A stretch of DNA of 63,262 nucleotides, filler included, from Hyphochytrium catenoides (Eukaryota; Protista; Hyphochytriomycota): assembly GCA_900088475.1 (NCBI GenBank). It is 4 parts of 4 records of this genome, joined end to end, with 100 filler letters (N's around TTAATTAATTAA, not from the genome) between each part and the next. Parts side by side here need not be neighbours in the genome. Positions count along the whole stretch, not along the records: positions 1 to 14,551 come from FLMG01002870.1; positions 14,652 to 30,454 come from FLMG01001594.1; 2 more parts are not named here. One strand, given 5' to 3'. Under the pieces are notes generated by a model, which was not told the origin of the DNA, did no database searches, and saw nothing but the letters and a program-made list of their open reading frames with translations. Position numbers and translations under genes: made by a program. Shown here one piece after another: positions 12,111-28,700 of this stretch (position 1 is its first letter; every line of letters begins with the position of its first letter).

Positions 12111-12792
12111 TCTGTCCTTTCTGATGGAAACATTTCAATCGTTGCCTTTGTTTCGTTTCAGCGAAGGGGGTGGGGGGGCGCTATGCATCTGTGATACTAT
12201 GAATGGTTCAGGGTGTTGTGAAACCTATGGTTTGCTTTCGTAACTTTCAAGGAAAGAACGTTATTTTTGGGTTGACATTGTTCGCAGTGTTATTTCACTA
12301 TTTAGGGATAAAAATCACAGGACTGACACTTACTTGATAACCTTAGTGCTAACCAGCTGCTGACCATATATAATACCTTGTGAAGGAATACAGCTGACAA
12401 TGTGAAAATATGGCCATATGTCAAGTATTGTCAATATTGGCTTCAACAGTAGTGGTGGAGCTCTTCTTCATGATGATAGCACTATGTTTTGATGACATGC
12501 CCAACAATGAGAATAAGCAAGAACAAGGCGTAGTGAATGAATAATAATGAGCATTCCAAAGTAAAGAGCAGCGACTGACATGAAGTTAAGAAGAAGGACC
12601 AGGTGCTGTCATGATGAGCCTAGTGTTAGCCTCCTGATGAGGGACGCCGACAATCGAAGTGAAAGACTTACAGACAGAAGAATCTCAGCAGGCTGCGATA
12701 ATAGCTCAGTTGTAATCTCACTTATGGCATAGCTCAAGGGTGCAAGAACTAATTAGGAGTCTGTTAATAGAGAGAAGAGGCAGTAGCCAGCG

Positions 12793-12840
12793 TCTTTTGG
12801 TCCTAGAAGAATGTGCCTTTTGGTCCTAGAAGAATGTGCC
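12793..12840 (+). repeat. 23-bp tandem duplication (CTTTTGGTCCTAGAAGAATGTGC x2)
   Basis: Seen directly in the sequence. Confidence 0.8.
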
Positions 12841-14551
12841 AATAATAGCAAAGGCACGAACCCCCTTCCCAAATGAGCCAGCAGCCACAGACCTGTGATG
12901 TCCGGCTCAATGCCAGCAAGCGGTGGGAGGGAGAGACCTTTGAGAAGGTAAGTGCAATCTCTTGTTGATTATGTGATCAAGGGGATTAGAGTGATGGTAT
13001 GCTCTAGCAGATATTTTTAAAAGTGCTTTGGTCACGCTATTGATCTCCTTCCAAATACTTACTCTTCTGATGGCGCCTTGCTTCTCTTTGCTTCCAGCTG
13101 CTGCAGTGTACACTTAAGATACTACTACGGGTGCAGAAGCTTTGATTGGTGGCGGTTCGTGCCGCCAGGAAAGCTATGCGCCTCCGTACTCACTCAGCAG
13201 TACTGGGGATTCATCGGTGCTTTGTGTTGTTTTTAGTCACTAACTCTTTCCTTCACAAGACGTTGGCTGCTGCGGCAGCGGCGTCTTTCGTTTGCCTTCT
13301 CACGTCTATGTAAATGATAGCACAGTTGTTCTGTTTCTTTCGTAGGATTTGCCGCATTTATTCTTACAGCAGGGATCCAAATGGACGAAAGAGTAAGGAC
13401 GCATTATGCGGCGACTCTATGGCCTGGAAGATCTAGAGGGTGCTGGAGTAGTTGCTGACCAGTGCCCTTTGATGAAAGCTTTATGTGGTAACGAAGCCTA
13501 GAGGAAGTACTTTTTGTTATAGCTAAACATTGGTTGAAACCAACAACAAGCTACTGAACTCTACTGTCTTTAGGAGAAGAGAGAGTTTGTATGACTGGCA
13601 AATGAGAGTGATTGTTGACACAATTATCAGCAGGAAGACGCGACAATGAGAATGAGACACAAGACAATGGAAGGGCGTTTATAAGGAGACAAGGACAGCA
13701 GCAGCAGCAACGACAGCAAAAAAACCAGGCCATGATGACGAGAGGAGACGCCCTGGCCGGAGAAGACGACAGAGGAGCAAGAAGCGACGACCGACGACAG
13801 AAGAAGAAGAAGGAGATGGACGAAGAGCGAAGAGCAACAAACAAAGCATGTGACATGTGACACTTCCGCAGCACGTTGATGATGATGGGGCGGCGGGGCG
13901 GCGGGCCGAGGTCTCGGAGCAAGAAGTGGGGCGTCCAACGTTCAAATTTTTTTGAAAACCTTTGCAGAAGTGTGCATTAAACCTACCATGACCTTCCCTC
14001 AAGGGTCAAAAACAAAGGCGCTGAAGACAGAGGCCGAAAATGCTATTGTTCTATCCAAGGGTTTCCTGACCCTTCTAAAGAAGGTAATACAAGCATATTA
14101 TGAATTAATGGCACGCCTTTGCTTATTGTCTGGAATAAGTTGCGAGCCTTCCGAACGTTTTCAAAACGAGGAAATGCAAGAGAAACAGTAGTTTCTGATA
14201 TTACCTCTAAGGTTATAGTATGGCTTACGGCGCGTACTACTATCGTATCTTTTTGGTTTGTGAGCAGGTCTTGGTGCGAGAAGTAATAATATGCAAACGG
14301 AGGCGAGACGGTGCGTTTCGTAGTATAATACCTTGGGTTTGTTTGGATACGCGAAATAGTAAGAGAGGTTTTCTTCAGGATTAAACGGAGGGTATGGGAT
14401 TTTGATTTTTTGGGAAGACAACGAAGACAGAGGAAGGAAGAGATAGCAAGAAACATACAACAATAAGCAGGAGAGAGAGACAGAGTGGCAGAGAGAGCAC
14501 AAAAGGAAGAGAGAGTGAGAGAGTGAGAGAGAGAGTGTGAGAGAGAGAGAG

Positions 14552-14651
14552 NNNNNNNNNNNNNNNNNNNNNNNNNNNNNNNNNNNNNNNNNNNNTTAAT
14601 TAATTAANNNNNNNNNNNNNNNNNNNNNNNNNNNNNNNNNNNNNNNNNNNN
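14552..14651. other. Artificial contig linker (44 N + TTAATTAATTAA + 44 N)
   Basis: Six-frame stop spacer; the same construct occurs at 30455-30554 and 61061-61160. Confidence 0.9.
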
Positions 14652-15552
14652 GTGATACAAACCTTAGAGCAACTGCTAGATGAAGTGGAACTGTGCCCTC
14701 CTTCACCAAACGCCACCCCACGCTAGGCGCTCTACTCCTCACCTCTCCCTCTCTTAGCACGCCCTGCATTAAAGTCGTTAAAAGACGAGTCCTCTCTCTT
14801 TCCTCAGGCATAACAAGGAGAATCTTGGGCGTTCCGCCAAAGGCCACACTTCTCCATCTTTATTATTGGCTTTACGCTTCTGTGCCATGGTCCTTATAAA
14901 TGGCGTTTTGGCAAGGCTTTACTTCTACCCTCACCCTCCTCTTTTAACCAAAGCTCTCTCTCTCTCTCTCTCTCTCCATTTGCACGGAACCGTGAATCTC
15001 TCTTATATTCCAATAATCAAAGGTTCTATTTATCTCTTGGACGTTGCTAGCGCTTGTCTGGCTAACTTGGATTGCCACACCATCAGTGCTCACCCATTCT
15101 ATGGCCTTTACGTCCAAAGTCGGGAGAGCTACTTAGAGAAGCCCAACAATCCAGCATTGCTGGTGCACCGGAGAAGAAACAGGATCTGAGACGATGTCAG
15201 TGTTGGCGGAGTGTTCTCTTCATCACCTTTGATATGAAGGGTTCACTAGAAGGGTGTCCTAACGCGTTGCCTGGTATTTGAGAGAGCGAGAGAGAGAGTG
15301 CGGAAGATAGAAATGGAAGGACCTTGAAACTTCTCTTTCCCCTGCCGTTTGTTGATCTGTCCTCCTGTGCCACAGGCCTCTGCCCAACAGGTTATTACCA
15401 TTCTTGGTCCCCTCTCTTCTTTTCTGGCGGGAGACAGGACGTTTATCTTCCGTCCGCGTATAGCAAAGGAGCCAGTCTCACGACTGAAGGAGCCAGAGAG
15501 AGCGGGAGAAGAAGAATGCTCGAGGAGATGGCATTTTTTGCCATAGATGTTC

Positions 15553-18500
15553 CTAATCATCAACAACGTTATAGTTCCGCACTTTGATGGTCGATCGTCG
15601 CTCTTGCCTTCGCCCTTCTGCAGTCTTCCCTCCTCTTGTGGCGGAAGCAGCAGCTTGGACAACGAAAGAGGAAGAAATGGATGCAGTCCTGTTCTCTTTC
15701 TCTCTCTTAGGCTCCTTACGAGCTTGAACCGCCGCGGTCCTTCCCATTCTCCTCCCTGCAACCGCGATGTTCCCACCAGACAGATGCTCCGAAGGCTCCC
15801 CAGCTGCGAAAAGGAAACAGATGACAAAGCAGCGCCGGAGTGGAATAGACTTAGGGATAGCCACCAAACGGAAGAACATAGCAAGAAGAGGGACGCAGAG
15901 GCGAAGAAACATTGCGAGAGTATACCGAAGCAGCGAACACCATATCCGGTGTCGCTTTTAGGCGTTTAAGACTAGAGACACGTACCTCTAGCAGGAAGTC
16001 GTGCTTGAATGTTTCTGCTAGCATTTGTTTCTCCACCACTTGCCGGCCTATGACCTACATTTGGTGCATTGCCCGTGGAGTTGGTTTGGGTCGCATCATC
16101 TGCGGTAGGAGTGAGAGGAGTGGAGAGGCCGCTTAATGTCTTGTCTCTCTCTGGAAACCCCACGCTTCCTTCTCGCTGCAGTTCCCGCTGTGCAGAAGAT
16201 AGGTGAAGACGTGCTCCAGCCAGTTCCTCACGCAGCGAATGGTTCTGCAGTGACAGTTCTGCCAATACGAAGGGCAAGATCAGCGGCAGCGGAGAAGAGT
16301 TAGAAATATCTAGAGCATGTGTAGATGACGCGTAGTAGACAATGAAGTCCAAGGAGAATGAAAGTGAAGGGAAAGAGGGCCTGTTTGGCCGAGGCGTAGA
16401 GAGAGAGATGAGAGAAGACAGAGAACCCAACGAGACAGAAAGACAGACAACGATTGAGAGTCGAAAGGTGAGGGCGGAGAGGTAGGAGCAAAGGAAAGAG
16501 GAAGACCGAGGCGAGATAAAGACTCTGGTGAGAGAAAGAATGGGATGGCTCTAAAGTCGTCACCTTCCATTCTATCCTCTAGCTCCTGAACTCTTCTTTC
16601 ATACTTCTTGGATGTCTCTCTCTCTATCTTCATGGAGATATCTGACAGCTGAGAGCCTAAGAAACCTCTTCCTCTTCCTCCCAGTCCGGAAGAACCTGAG
16701 GACAAATATTGCTGCAAATCTGCTCTAAGCTCATTGCTCAGTTCTATAAGCTTTTCTCTCTCGTCTTCCAACATATCTACTTTCTCGTGCAAGGCCTCAT
16801 TCTGCTCTTGAAAGAGGGCTGGGAAGGTTGGAGAATAGAAGAACCCCTCAGTGGTCAAAACATTGTAACCACTCCCTCGCCTCGATCCAAGATATACCTA
16901 GTTCTGTCCGTCCTCTCCCTCTTCGTTTCTCTCTCCCCGTCCTGCTATTGATCATAACATTCCCCTTACAAAGCGTGACCAACTTGGGAGATCTACACTA
17001 TTTTCTCTCTCATTTGTCCTACCGCACTGCCTGGTCAGCATCTCAAGCTTCTGGGTCATCTAAGATTATTGAAAAGCAGCAGCCGGGGACCAGAGGGCCA
17101 AAGTAGAAGTTAGCGGTCAATGTGTGATGCATCAGGATTAAGGTTTCGAAGAAGGACAGTATAGCCTTCACAGTAAGACGTGCAGCTAAAGAGGTATCAG
17201 GGAAATTGAATGGCAGCTAGGAGACAGGAGAGAGGCTACCACCAGAAGAGGGAGCGAGGAGGAGGGAGGGGGAGAAGGCCAGGAGACAACGCGGCGGCCG
17301 GACGAGCGCTACCTCTTCGATTAAGGGACCATTAGCATGATCCTGTCCGGTGAGTTTTGCCCTCGTTTCCTCTAGAGTATAATGTAGATGAGATAACCAC
17401 TAAGAAGAGAATGGATTCCTCAATCTTCTACCTTCCGCCAGCAGCTGAGAGGCCAACGCATCCATCTCCTTTCTCATATCACTGATAACGGTCCGGAGCT
17501 GAGTGTTTTCTTTTCTCAGGTCATTCTGGTCTTTCCCCGTGTCTACCACCACCTCCGCCTGATCTCCATTTACCTCTCCAGCGGTATAAGGAGAGGCATC
17601 GGGGCTTCTCTGCCTGAAAGAAGATGCAATAGCCTGCGACGAAAAGAAGGCCCTGGAACAAGAAAGTATGCGTTAGGTAGAGTATCATAACTGATGAGGA
17701 GGATGTGCTAGCATCCCGTTCGCTCCAAGTGGGGCAGGAAGCGGGAGAGAAAGAAATCACATTCAGAAGGCCAAAGGAAAGAGGAGAGAAAACAGAGAGA
17801 GCCGGAGAAAGTTAGAAAGACAAGGCAGAGAAACCTACCGTTCTGGCGATCGATTTGTGATATGACGTGGGGAAGAGCCAAGATCTCCGAGGAAGAGTCG
17901 TGGAGGGGAGGCAGCCCCCTGGTCGTCAGAAAAGAGTGGAGATCTCCCTGCCGCCATTGGCTGTTCTCGTCGTTGCTCTTCCCTAGCTGTCGAACCCGCC
18001 TTGTCCAGCTTTACAGGAGGAACCCGTCTTCCAGCTCTATAGGAGGGCAGAGATGGGCACCACAAAAGCATGTGAGGCATAGAAGTACCATACATGGAGA
18101 GAGCAGTCGTTTTCAAAGACTGTGTCAACAAGCTGAGACTACGAAGCTAGCGGAATGAGACAGGACCTCTGAGAGCTCTCTACTTCTTGCCTTGCCTCGT
18201 CCAGCTCCACCTTCAGCCGTTGTACATGATTATCTAGCTGTACCAGCTGATCCTCCAGTTGCTAGATACGCGCAGAGAAGAGATATAGGAAGGTGTGTCA
18301 AACAAAAGCACCACAACTTGTCACAGTGGAAGTGGCTACTCTGCTGGCATAGGTGTACTTAGAGATACAAGATGTGAGAAAACCAAGATTTAAAACAGAG
18401 CGCGAAGGAGCGACCGGCAGAGTATAACCGATTTTCAATGCAGACCCTTCGGTACGCCAATATGAATCATATACAGGCTTGAGCTAATAGAAGGGGTTGC

Positions 18501-21500
18501 TACTCTACTATGTGGCAACAATCCGAGACTGAGACAGGGAGAGATGTACCTCCTTCTGGACTTTGAACCTGTCCTCGGCCTCCTGACACTTATTCGTTAG
18601 CTCTAACTCCTTCGCCCTCGCATCTTCTTCCATCCTTTTCTGCTCCTGCTGAGACGCTACACTGATTGTTAGTGAGTGTCTCGTCGACGCTAAATTAAAG
18701 ATTCGTCTCTAACTACTGTGCCTTCTTGATCCTCCTACTATACCGTGCATTTCTTCCGGCCCTCCGGGGAACGTCTTTTCTACTCCTGTTCCCCACCTTC
18801 AAGCAAGGTCCGGAGTGAGCTAAGCTCCGCTTCCATCTCAGTTTGGAGGGCTTCTTGTTTCTGTCGAGCATCCTGGAGCTCCTTGAAGGCTAATTCTAGT
18901 TCTTTTTCCTTTTCGTTAAGCTTTGCTTTCTCGCGTTCAAACTTCCGTCTGGTATCCTGAGGAAACATAGCTCTTTGAAATAAAGGACGAAGGAGAGGAC
19001 GACTCGAGGACCTGGATACCTCGCACTGTCTCCGTAGACTCTGTACTTCTTTCTCCCTAAGACTGCCTCGCTCAAGCTCCCACTAGCAAGAGCAAGAACA
19101 AGGGTTAGGCCTATACCTTGGAAAGAGAGAGGTTCACGATTACGCAAAGAAGATATATACAGAAGGCATTAAGTAAGTTAAGTCAATCACCTGTAGCTCT
19201 TTGGATTTTCGTTGCAGTGCTTCTATTGTGCTCTCTGCTTGGCACAGCTCAGCCTCTGCCAACTAGCCATAGGTTAGGTTGACGATGACGGAGGGGAAGA
19301 GAGAGAGAGGAGAGAGATGAGTGAAGAACATGCTAATGATTCTTAAATAGAGTGAGCGGGAGGCAACTAACAGACTCTTGGGTGGCCTCGAGAGCTAGCA
19401 AATGCGTGATGCTTACTAACAATAAATACCCCCATGACAGAAACCAACGAAGAGAATCTGAGAACTTGAGAGAGCATTCGACCGTGTAAAATAGAGAGTG
19501 ATTAGGGGCAAAGGTAAAAAAAAAGCAAGTAAAGTGCCAGCTGCGGGCAAGGGACCACATCATGTCGCTTCTAACAAGACCTTCAGTCGGCCTTCTAAGT
19601 CTTCCCGAAGTTGTTTGACTTCTAGGTCCTGGCACAACGCGACTTAAGTTAGCGGCAGGGGATGTTAAGATCACCGACATGTGAGCCCTTCAGGCCCTAC
19701 TCTCTCCTTGTTATCTTGCTTCCCCACTTTACTATCCTCTTCCTCGTTCTCTGCATAGTCTTCCAGCATCCTGTCCTCTGCAGCGCTTTTCCCGACCATA
19801 GGACTCCCATCTTGCCTCTACACCATGATTCACGTCATTGGCGATTCCGGCATCTCACCTTCATCTCAAGTATCCTCTTCCTTTCTGCCTCTTGTGCTTC
19901 TTCTAGATGTCTCTTCGATACCAGTAACGACTCCAAGCGCTATTACCAGGGGCATCAAAGCAGGCCACGTAGGAGTTACAGTCAGTCCAGGCCATTCTCA
20001 TAGAAGCACCAAACAGAAAAAAACTTCATCACTTAATTGCTTCTCAAGCTTTACCAATTTCGTCTCCCCAAGTCTTTTCTTAAGCTCTTCTTCGGTCCTC
20101 GTCTGAAGCTCAGTGAGGTGTCTCTAAAGCAAAGATGGAAGATTAGGTACCGTAAGGAAAGGTACAAGGAGACTAGAGTAAAGAGATTGCAAAGAAGGTC
20201 TTTTTTATGCTATAACTCTGGGAAAACGTCGTAGGCCCAAAGTCCTTTTACAGCCCTTAGAGAAGGAAGATAAACGCACATTCTCTAGTAGAAGGTCCGA
20301 TATCTTGGTGTTCAGGATCTGAAGGTGTTCCTGCAACTCCGAAGCCTCCTTCTGCTGTTCACTATCCTTCGCCGCTGTGCGGCTTCGTGCATTGGCTAAT
20401 ATGCCCAATCCGCAAGGCAGAAAATTAGAGGTAATCATCCAGGATGTCAACCAAGAAAACTGAGACAACAGATGATGTGTACCTAGCTCTGCAGTTAGTG
20501 TCAAGTTCTTCCTTCTCGCCTCATCAAGCTCTGTCCTGGTCCTGTGAAGTTTATCTTCCACCGCCAGCAGCTGTTCCCGTACACCGTTCTCGGAAGCTGC
20601 AGCCTCCTGCTCCCGCTTGCTAAGCAGCTTTAAATACAAGCATTAGCTCTTGTAATAGGCCTCGTCTCCTCCTCTCCCTGGAACTATGCTCAAACCTCTA
20701 CAAGCAGTCGTCCATCAAGAGCATGACTACTGCCTATCAGACTAGATGCGTCTACATGCGTAGATTCTCTTCATACACGGTCACCCTATGTAATGCTTAT
20801 CACGGCATCCCTACCTCGTCGTAAGCCGTTGTCATTTCATTCCTCTGTTGGTCCATCGTTTCCTCTAGTTCTTGGATCTTATGAAACATCTGTTGCTTCA
20901 TAACCTCAAACTCTTCGCGCTAGCCCGACGATAGATAAGAATATGGCAGACGAAGGCATAAGGTTTGAGGCTATAAAGCAACAGAAGGCACAACGCACTG
21001 CCGTCACGAAGCAAGACGAGGAGAGTTGAGGTGTACGAAGCAAGAGGAGGGGATGTGAGGTAGAAGTTAGATAGAAGGGAAGAAAGAGGGAGTAACCACG
21101 CACTGAAACGTCAATTACTAACCTGTTTCCTTAGCTCGCCTTCTGCCGCTCGTCTGGCATTCTCTTGATGCAGTCGGAAGTCCCTCAGCCGCGCTTGGAA
21201 GTACTTTTCCTGGTCCACTAATTTTGCGCTAGACTGACTCACTATGGACTCCGTCTCGGCTAACTATAGGTGATGAGAAAAACAGAGGTAGGACGGAAGA
21301 AATGATATGATTGCTTGGTATCGGAGGTAGTGAATAACAGACTGAATAGTATGGTTTTGATCGAGGCCCAAAGAAATCGCCTCCCCTTAAACCCATACCT
21401 TGATCTTGAGCTCACTAATCTCCTGATCCCTACCACGGTGGAGGGACAAAGATTGGCAGAAGAGGGTGTAAGCACTATCAATTAGAAATAAAGGGAGAGA

Positions 21501-22680
21501 TTGAGGCAGACTGATTACCGAGGAATAGAAGGACGGAGTCTCTTTAGAGAGCAGTGATCAGCTGATGCAGCTTTCAAGAAGTGGCAGTCATAACTGTTTT
21601 GACCGAAGTAGCATAAAGATTGAGAACAATCGCATAGAACGGCTAGTGCATCAGCTCCTTGAGATGTTGGCTGGGAGATGTCGGCCAGATGGGTAGCCAA
21701 GAGGGAGGGAGATGGCTATCATGGGCAAAAAAAGTTGTAGAGAGAGAGAATGCGACAGGTTGAGTTGAAAGAGGGGAGGGGTTGAAAAGAGGTAGAGAAC
21801 TGGTCCACATAGCACCACCGTCACAGGACCGCAACACCGTCACAGAACCGCAAGACAGGATGTGACACTGTCTTTCTAAGGTCTCACCTGTCCTGAAGCA
21901 CGTTTTGATGGTGGGAGAATACCTGCTCAAAGCGGTCTAACTCCATATCCCTCTCCGCCAATAGCTAAAAGAGACAAAGAGAGTGTGATAGATATAGTCA
22001 AGAGCGTCATTTCGGTGCTGGCAGGAAAGAAAGAAAGAAGCTGAAAGGCAGCGGAGAAAGTTTACTGGGTTGATACAAGACGAGCAAAAGATAGAAGGAG
22101 GAGGCAGAGGTAGATCCCAATGAGAGGGAGAAACAAAATGGGACAGAGAGAAATGGCCGATCAACAGGCAAACAAAAGAGATAATGCAGAGACTGACCTC
22201 GTACTTATGATGGCGAAAGGGGTGTGCCTTACCTTTAAATTGTACTCGAAGTCTCCGGCCAACTGCAATAGTTTCTCCTTCCACTCCTGCAGCTCACCCT
22301 CCTGCCCCATCCAAAGCCAGAGGTGGAAAGAGGGAGCGAGAATGCCAGAGGAAGCAGAATGCGAGAATGGTGAGAGTAAGCTGAGGATGAAAAAGAAAGA
22401 AGATAATATGAGTGCTTGCAATAATAGAGTGAAGGCAGATGGGAATGAAGTTAGAACTTCTCACTTTCTGGAGGAGCAAAGTCTCCAGCTGGTGGTTCTG
22501 CTCTTGTTGCATGGTTCTGAGTTCTCTTTCTTTCGCTTCAATTATCGCCTGCATTGAAAGCGGCGAGGTAGAGGCGAAAGAGACGGGTGCTGGGTCTGCC
22601 GAGAACCCGTAGGTGCTATCCTTTGCCCGAGAGAACGAAGCTCCGAGCTCCTCCTTCACTGGTCCTGAAGCTGAAGCCAT
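15553..22680 (-). CDS. CCDC57: Coiled-coil domain-containing protein 57 (centriolar), many exons
   Basis: N-terminal IIEAKERELR...DFEYNLK/LLAERDMELDRFEQ and C-terminal KVRNYNVVDD* match CCDC57 signatures as I recall them (DFxYNL.LLEERD.EL; KIRNYN). Coiled-coil exons with GT-AG introns lie between. Confidence 0.85.
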
Positions 22681-23453
22681 TTCCTCTCAGCTATGTGAAT
22701 GTTGGTCCGTAGCGTCTTCTTTAGCCCTCTTTCTTTCTCTTTCGCATTGTCCTTCCCTCTCTTCTTGTTTATCCTTGCTTCCAGAGCTTGACATTGGTTG
22801 GCACATCCCTATAACTTCAGGAACATACTCCAGGTATGGCACTCAATCTCTCTGAGCATTTTACACCGTCAGTGCGTCCTCCTCTCTCATCTTGATGTTG
22901 CCTTCCTCCATCTCCCTCCAACTGCCCGCCCTTTGGCTGCTAGTGCCATCCTCTCTCTGTTTTTATCAAGGATCACTGCCGTCGCTAACCGAAGGCTTCC
23001 TCTTGTCGGCCGCCTGTTCCTCCTGAAGCAATGTCTTCCGTCATCATCAAGCGAAGCGCTGATCTGCATCTCCAATCTCCACTGACATCTGCACCCAACT
23101 TCCCCAAATTCAAGCCATCCTGAGGCGCTACCTAAAATAAGGATGAAGGTTTCATAGTAGATTGCAGCACATGAAATTTTAAAATATAGCTTGAAGGCAC
23201 TATCATAGAGATCCCCAATCCGCCGGAAAACTACAAAGCCATGGGGATACCCATGCCGAAGCTAAATTACCTCTCCGAAATTAATTGATACGTTTATTTT
23301 GGTGGGCCGTCACTGAGCCTTTGCATATTCGGCAATAGTTTTCCGATCCACTAAAAACGGAAACCATCATCTGAGAGTTTCCAAAAGGTCACACAACATG
23401 ACAAGCACCGACCAAGGCCCATCAAGGATCGGGCCCAGTCCTAACGGGCCGCT

Positions 23454-23459
23454 TTTATT
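23454..23459 (-). terminator. Putative poly(A) signal AATAAA for PP2A
   Basis: About 155 nt downstream of the stop codon. Confidence 0.4.
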
Positions 23460-23613
23460 ATGAAGATGCAACCTTATCAGCAGACAACAAGCAGAAGCTT
23501 CAATGGCATGGCGACGTCTAAGGGATAACTCCTCTCTCTGGGTATTGATGTTACGCTGGCATTTTTAACAGATTATATAACGAACACCTACTGTTATCGA
23601 AAAGTCCACTGCC

Positions 23614-25720
<2,107 letters not shown>

Positions 25721-28700
25721 CCTGCACTGTTAACCTCTACTTTATCAATGTCCAAGCACGCCTTATTTTTGAGAACGCTTCAATCTGTAGCGAGAAGCTG
25801 CCTGTGGCCCATCAACCTCTCCAGTGGCCGGATGGGAGGCAGGGTGCGTTTGAAACAGCCGGGAGGTTGATGAGCAACCCCAACCGAACCTGACTTAGTA
25901 GGCCTGTCGCTCAAGCTGATCTGATCCAGAGCTCTAATTACCAGCTTGAGATGGACAAGAATGCTGGTACAGAGCACAAAGAGGATAAAGACTAAGCAGG
26001 CGATCTTTTAAAAAACCCGCGAGGCCCACAATCCCAGACTCCGGACACACAACCTTTAGATGTAATGACAGTTGCAGAGCGGGACAACAGATAAGGGGCG
26101 TGGAAATCGAGCCTCCCTTCTCATTCTCTATTGATGGCTTGCCTGTCCGCTGCCGTCTCCAACTCTACTAGAGATTATGGCATACGCTATGACAAATCTG
26201 TAGAATTGACGGCTACATTTTCCAGAGGACTCACAAAGCACCCTCACAACTACAAACAGCACCAAGCTTGAGACGAAGTTTTCAATAAAAGATCATTCAG
26301 TTGACCGTAGATCCTAATCCTATGCCGAAAAGAGCCATTACCCACCCCCTTGGGGCCAAAATGGATAACAACTTCTGACATTTCGCCGCCTTTATAACCA
26401 GGCATTCTCTGGGAAGTGTGTTACTTATGTATAAACGTCATGGTTACTACAAATGGGTCGTGATCAGTTACTGAGTGATGCCACTATGTACCTTATAGCG
26501 GCTACAGAGCTGTGATCGATCAATACTTAGACGCTGCTGCTGCTGCTGGCTATCTATTATTGATGAATTATCCACTGAATCCATGATTTATGGCCCATGT
26601 CAGCGGAGCGACTGTCCACCACCGCCGACAAAGGAGGAAGAAAACAGAACTAATTAACCCCTTTATAAAAATAAAGCCATGATGAAAAACCAGTATGTAG
26701 ATGATAGTAGTATAGTTTTGGCTTCTTGCTGTATTTTATTACCACGGACGTGACTGATGATGAGTCTTACGAGTTTTTCCGAATCCTCTTCCTCTGTTAT
26801 TATCTTCTGGGTGCGTTGAAGCGCAATAAGGAATAGACGTAGCACATGAAATTTTACTGTTGTTAGTTGATGATGATCTTTCTGCACCAAAGACAAAAGC
26901 TGTACATGCTTTCATTGTTACTGCTTCTTATTGTTGCAGACGAAATACCAGCTGCTTCTGTCCGTCGTCCTAGTGAAATATGAGTGATGAAGAAAATACG
27001 ATAACAGGTTTTAGTCTGTTTCCTCCCTAGTGATGACAATTCAGCAGCTTGATTGGAAGAGGAGACTTATTAAATCCCCTCGTAGTGCAAGCCCCACTTC
27101 TTTGATAAATTAAGCTAGGCCCCTGCTTGGCGGTGGTAGCTATCTTCTTCTCATAGGATCTCTTCTCGTTCTTTGCTCTCTCTTGATCGTTGTTGCTTTT
27201 CTTCAGTGCGATGATCTATTTTGTTGTTAGGTAGACAACAACATCATCCTTTCTCTTGAAGAAAAGACTACCCGCATTTGTTAGGGCCGGCAAAACTGTT
27301 ATTATTCATACAAAAAAAATGGAGATATATGTGGCCACCCCTCAGCTTCGTCCGCAAAATACGGCTTCGTAAGTTAGAGCAAAACTTCTAGGAACTAGTT
27401 ATTATAGTAGAAAAGCGTTAGTTGATGTGTGGAGGTAATGAATGTCTCTTTCTTCTTGATGATGGGATCACTCTTAACCTGTTGACCGCCCGGACCAATA
27501 GGATCAAGGCTGCTGCTTCTCTGGTAGAGGAGAGTTTTTATTCGTTAGTTTATTTGCTCACGACAACCACAAAAGCTTTCTCGTATTGTTGTCGTCGTCA
27601 AGAAAGCAGTGTGGAGTGACCATATATATACTTTGAGCCTCATGGTTGGCAGCCCCATAACGATGGTCGTCGCCATTTACTGGAGGCACTATTTATTAAA
27701 GAGTATCCTGCTGAAAGCTGGCGACTGACGTAAGCGGTCATTGTGCGCAGTAGGAGGTAGACATATCCCTCCTGCTGCCGGAGGATGAGCTGGGGCAGCG
27801 GTCGGTGGAGTAGTCTTCTGGCTCCTGCTGGGGTAGGGTTGTTAGGCTTATCTAACCCTAAACAATTACAATGATGCTTAGGAGGAGGACAGCCCAAACT
27901 TGATGATGATGATACTCCTCGACGTTTAAAAGCCAAGCAGCAGCCACAACAACTGTTAATGATAAAGTGATGGTCCAGCAGCCCGCCGCCAGCAACAGCC
28001 AGAAACCGTGGGTGGTAATATCACACCTCTCTTTACATAAGACCTCAAACCCAACACGACCGTCTCATTCAACCCGCCTCCCACTGCTTCATAACTCTTT
28101 GCTTGGCTGAAAGCACACAGAGACGCTTTGTACGGTTATTGCTGCCTATACAATGTATGTGTTGTAGCTGAACTTTATAAACAATGGCAGCGGCAGCGTA
28201 TGATTGATGACTGACGACGGGCGAGTCTGTACTTATTACGCATTCGGCACCCGGAAAACACCCTATGAATAACTTACAGATGTCTTATGACTGTTGATGA
28301 GGAAGGCTGAAGCAAACCCGCGACGCTTCGCGTCCAGCTCCATCCAGCTCCCCATCCAGCAGGTACGACTTTGTGGTTGTACAAGTTCAGCTACTTGGGC
28401 ATGTGTAAACGCTCCTTCTATACACTGCTACTTATACAGCTGTACTCTTCCTTGTACTTGTGCACTCTTTGAATAAGACTAACAGCGGAACTACTGCAGC
28501 AAAAATGAGCAGAGAAAGAACCAAAAGACGGAGTGTACTGAAAAAACGACGAAAGGCCGTGCCAGAAGCCTAGCTCTACCTGCACTAGGACAGGAAATGA
28601 CCCCTGATAGAGAGCAGCGCACCAGCCAGTGCAACACCGTTGTCCGTTTGCTGTAGTAGTTGTAACCTAAACTTGGTAAGAGGAGATTGTCCACTATTAT

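Noticed and set aside
12695-12760. TAGCTCAGTTG tRNA A-box-like sequence
   Set aside because: No B box or cloverleaf.
14596-14607. TTAATTAATTAA palindrome recurring three times (also 30499 and 61085)
   Set aside because: Always centred in a 100-nt N block: an assembly linker, not biology.
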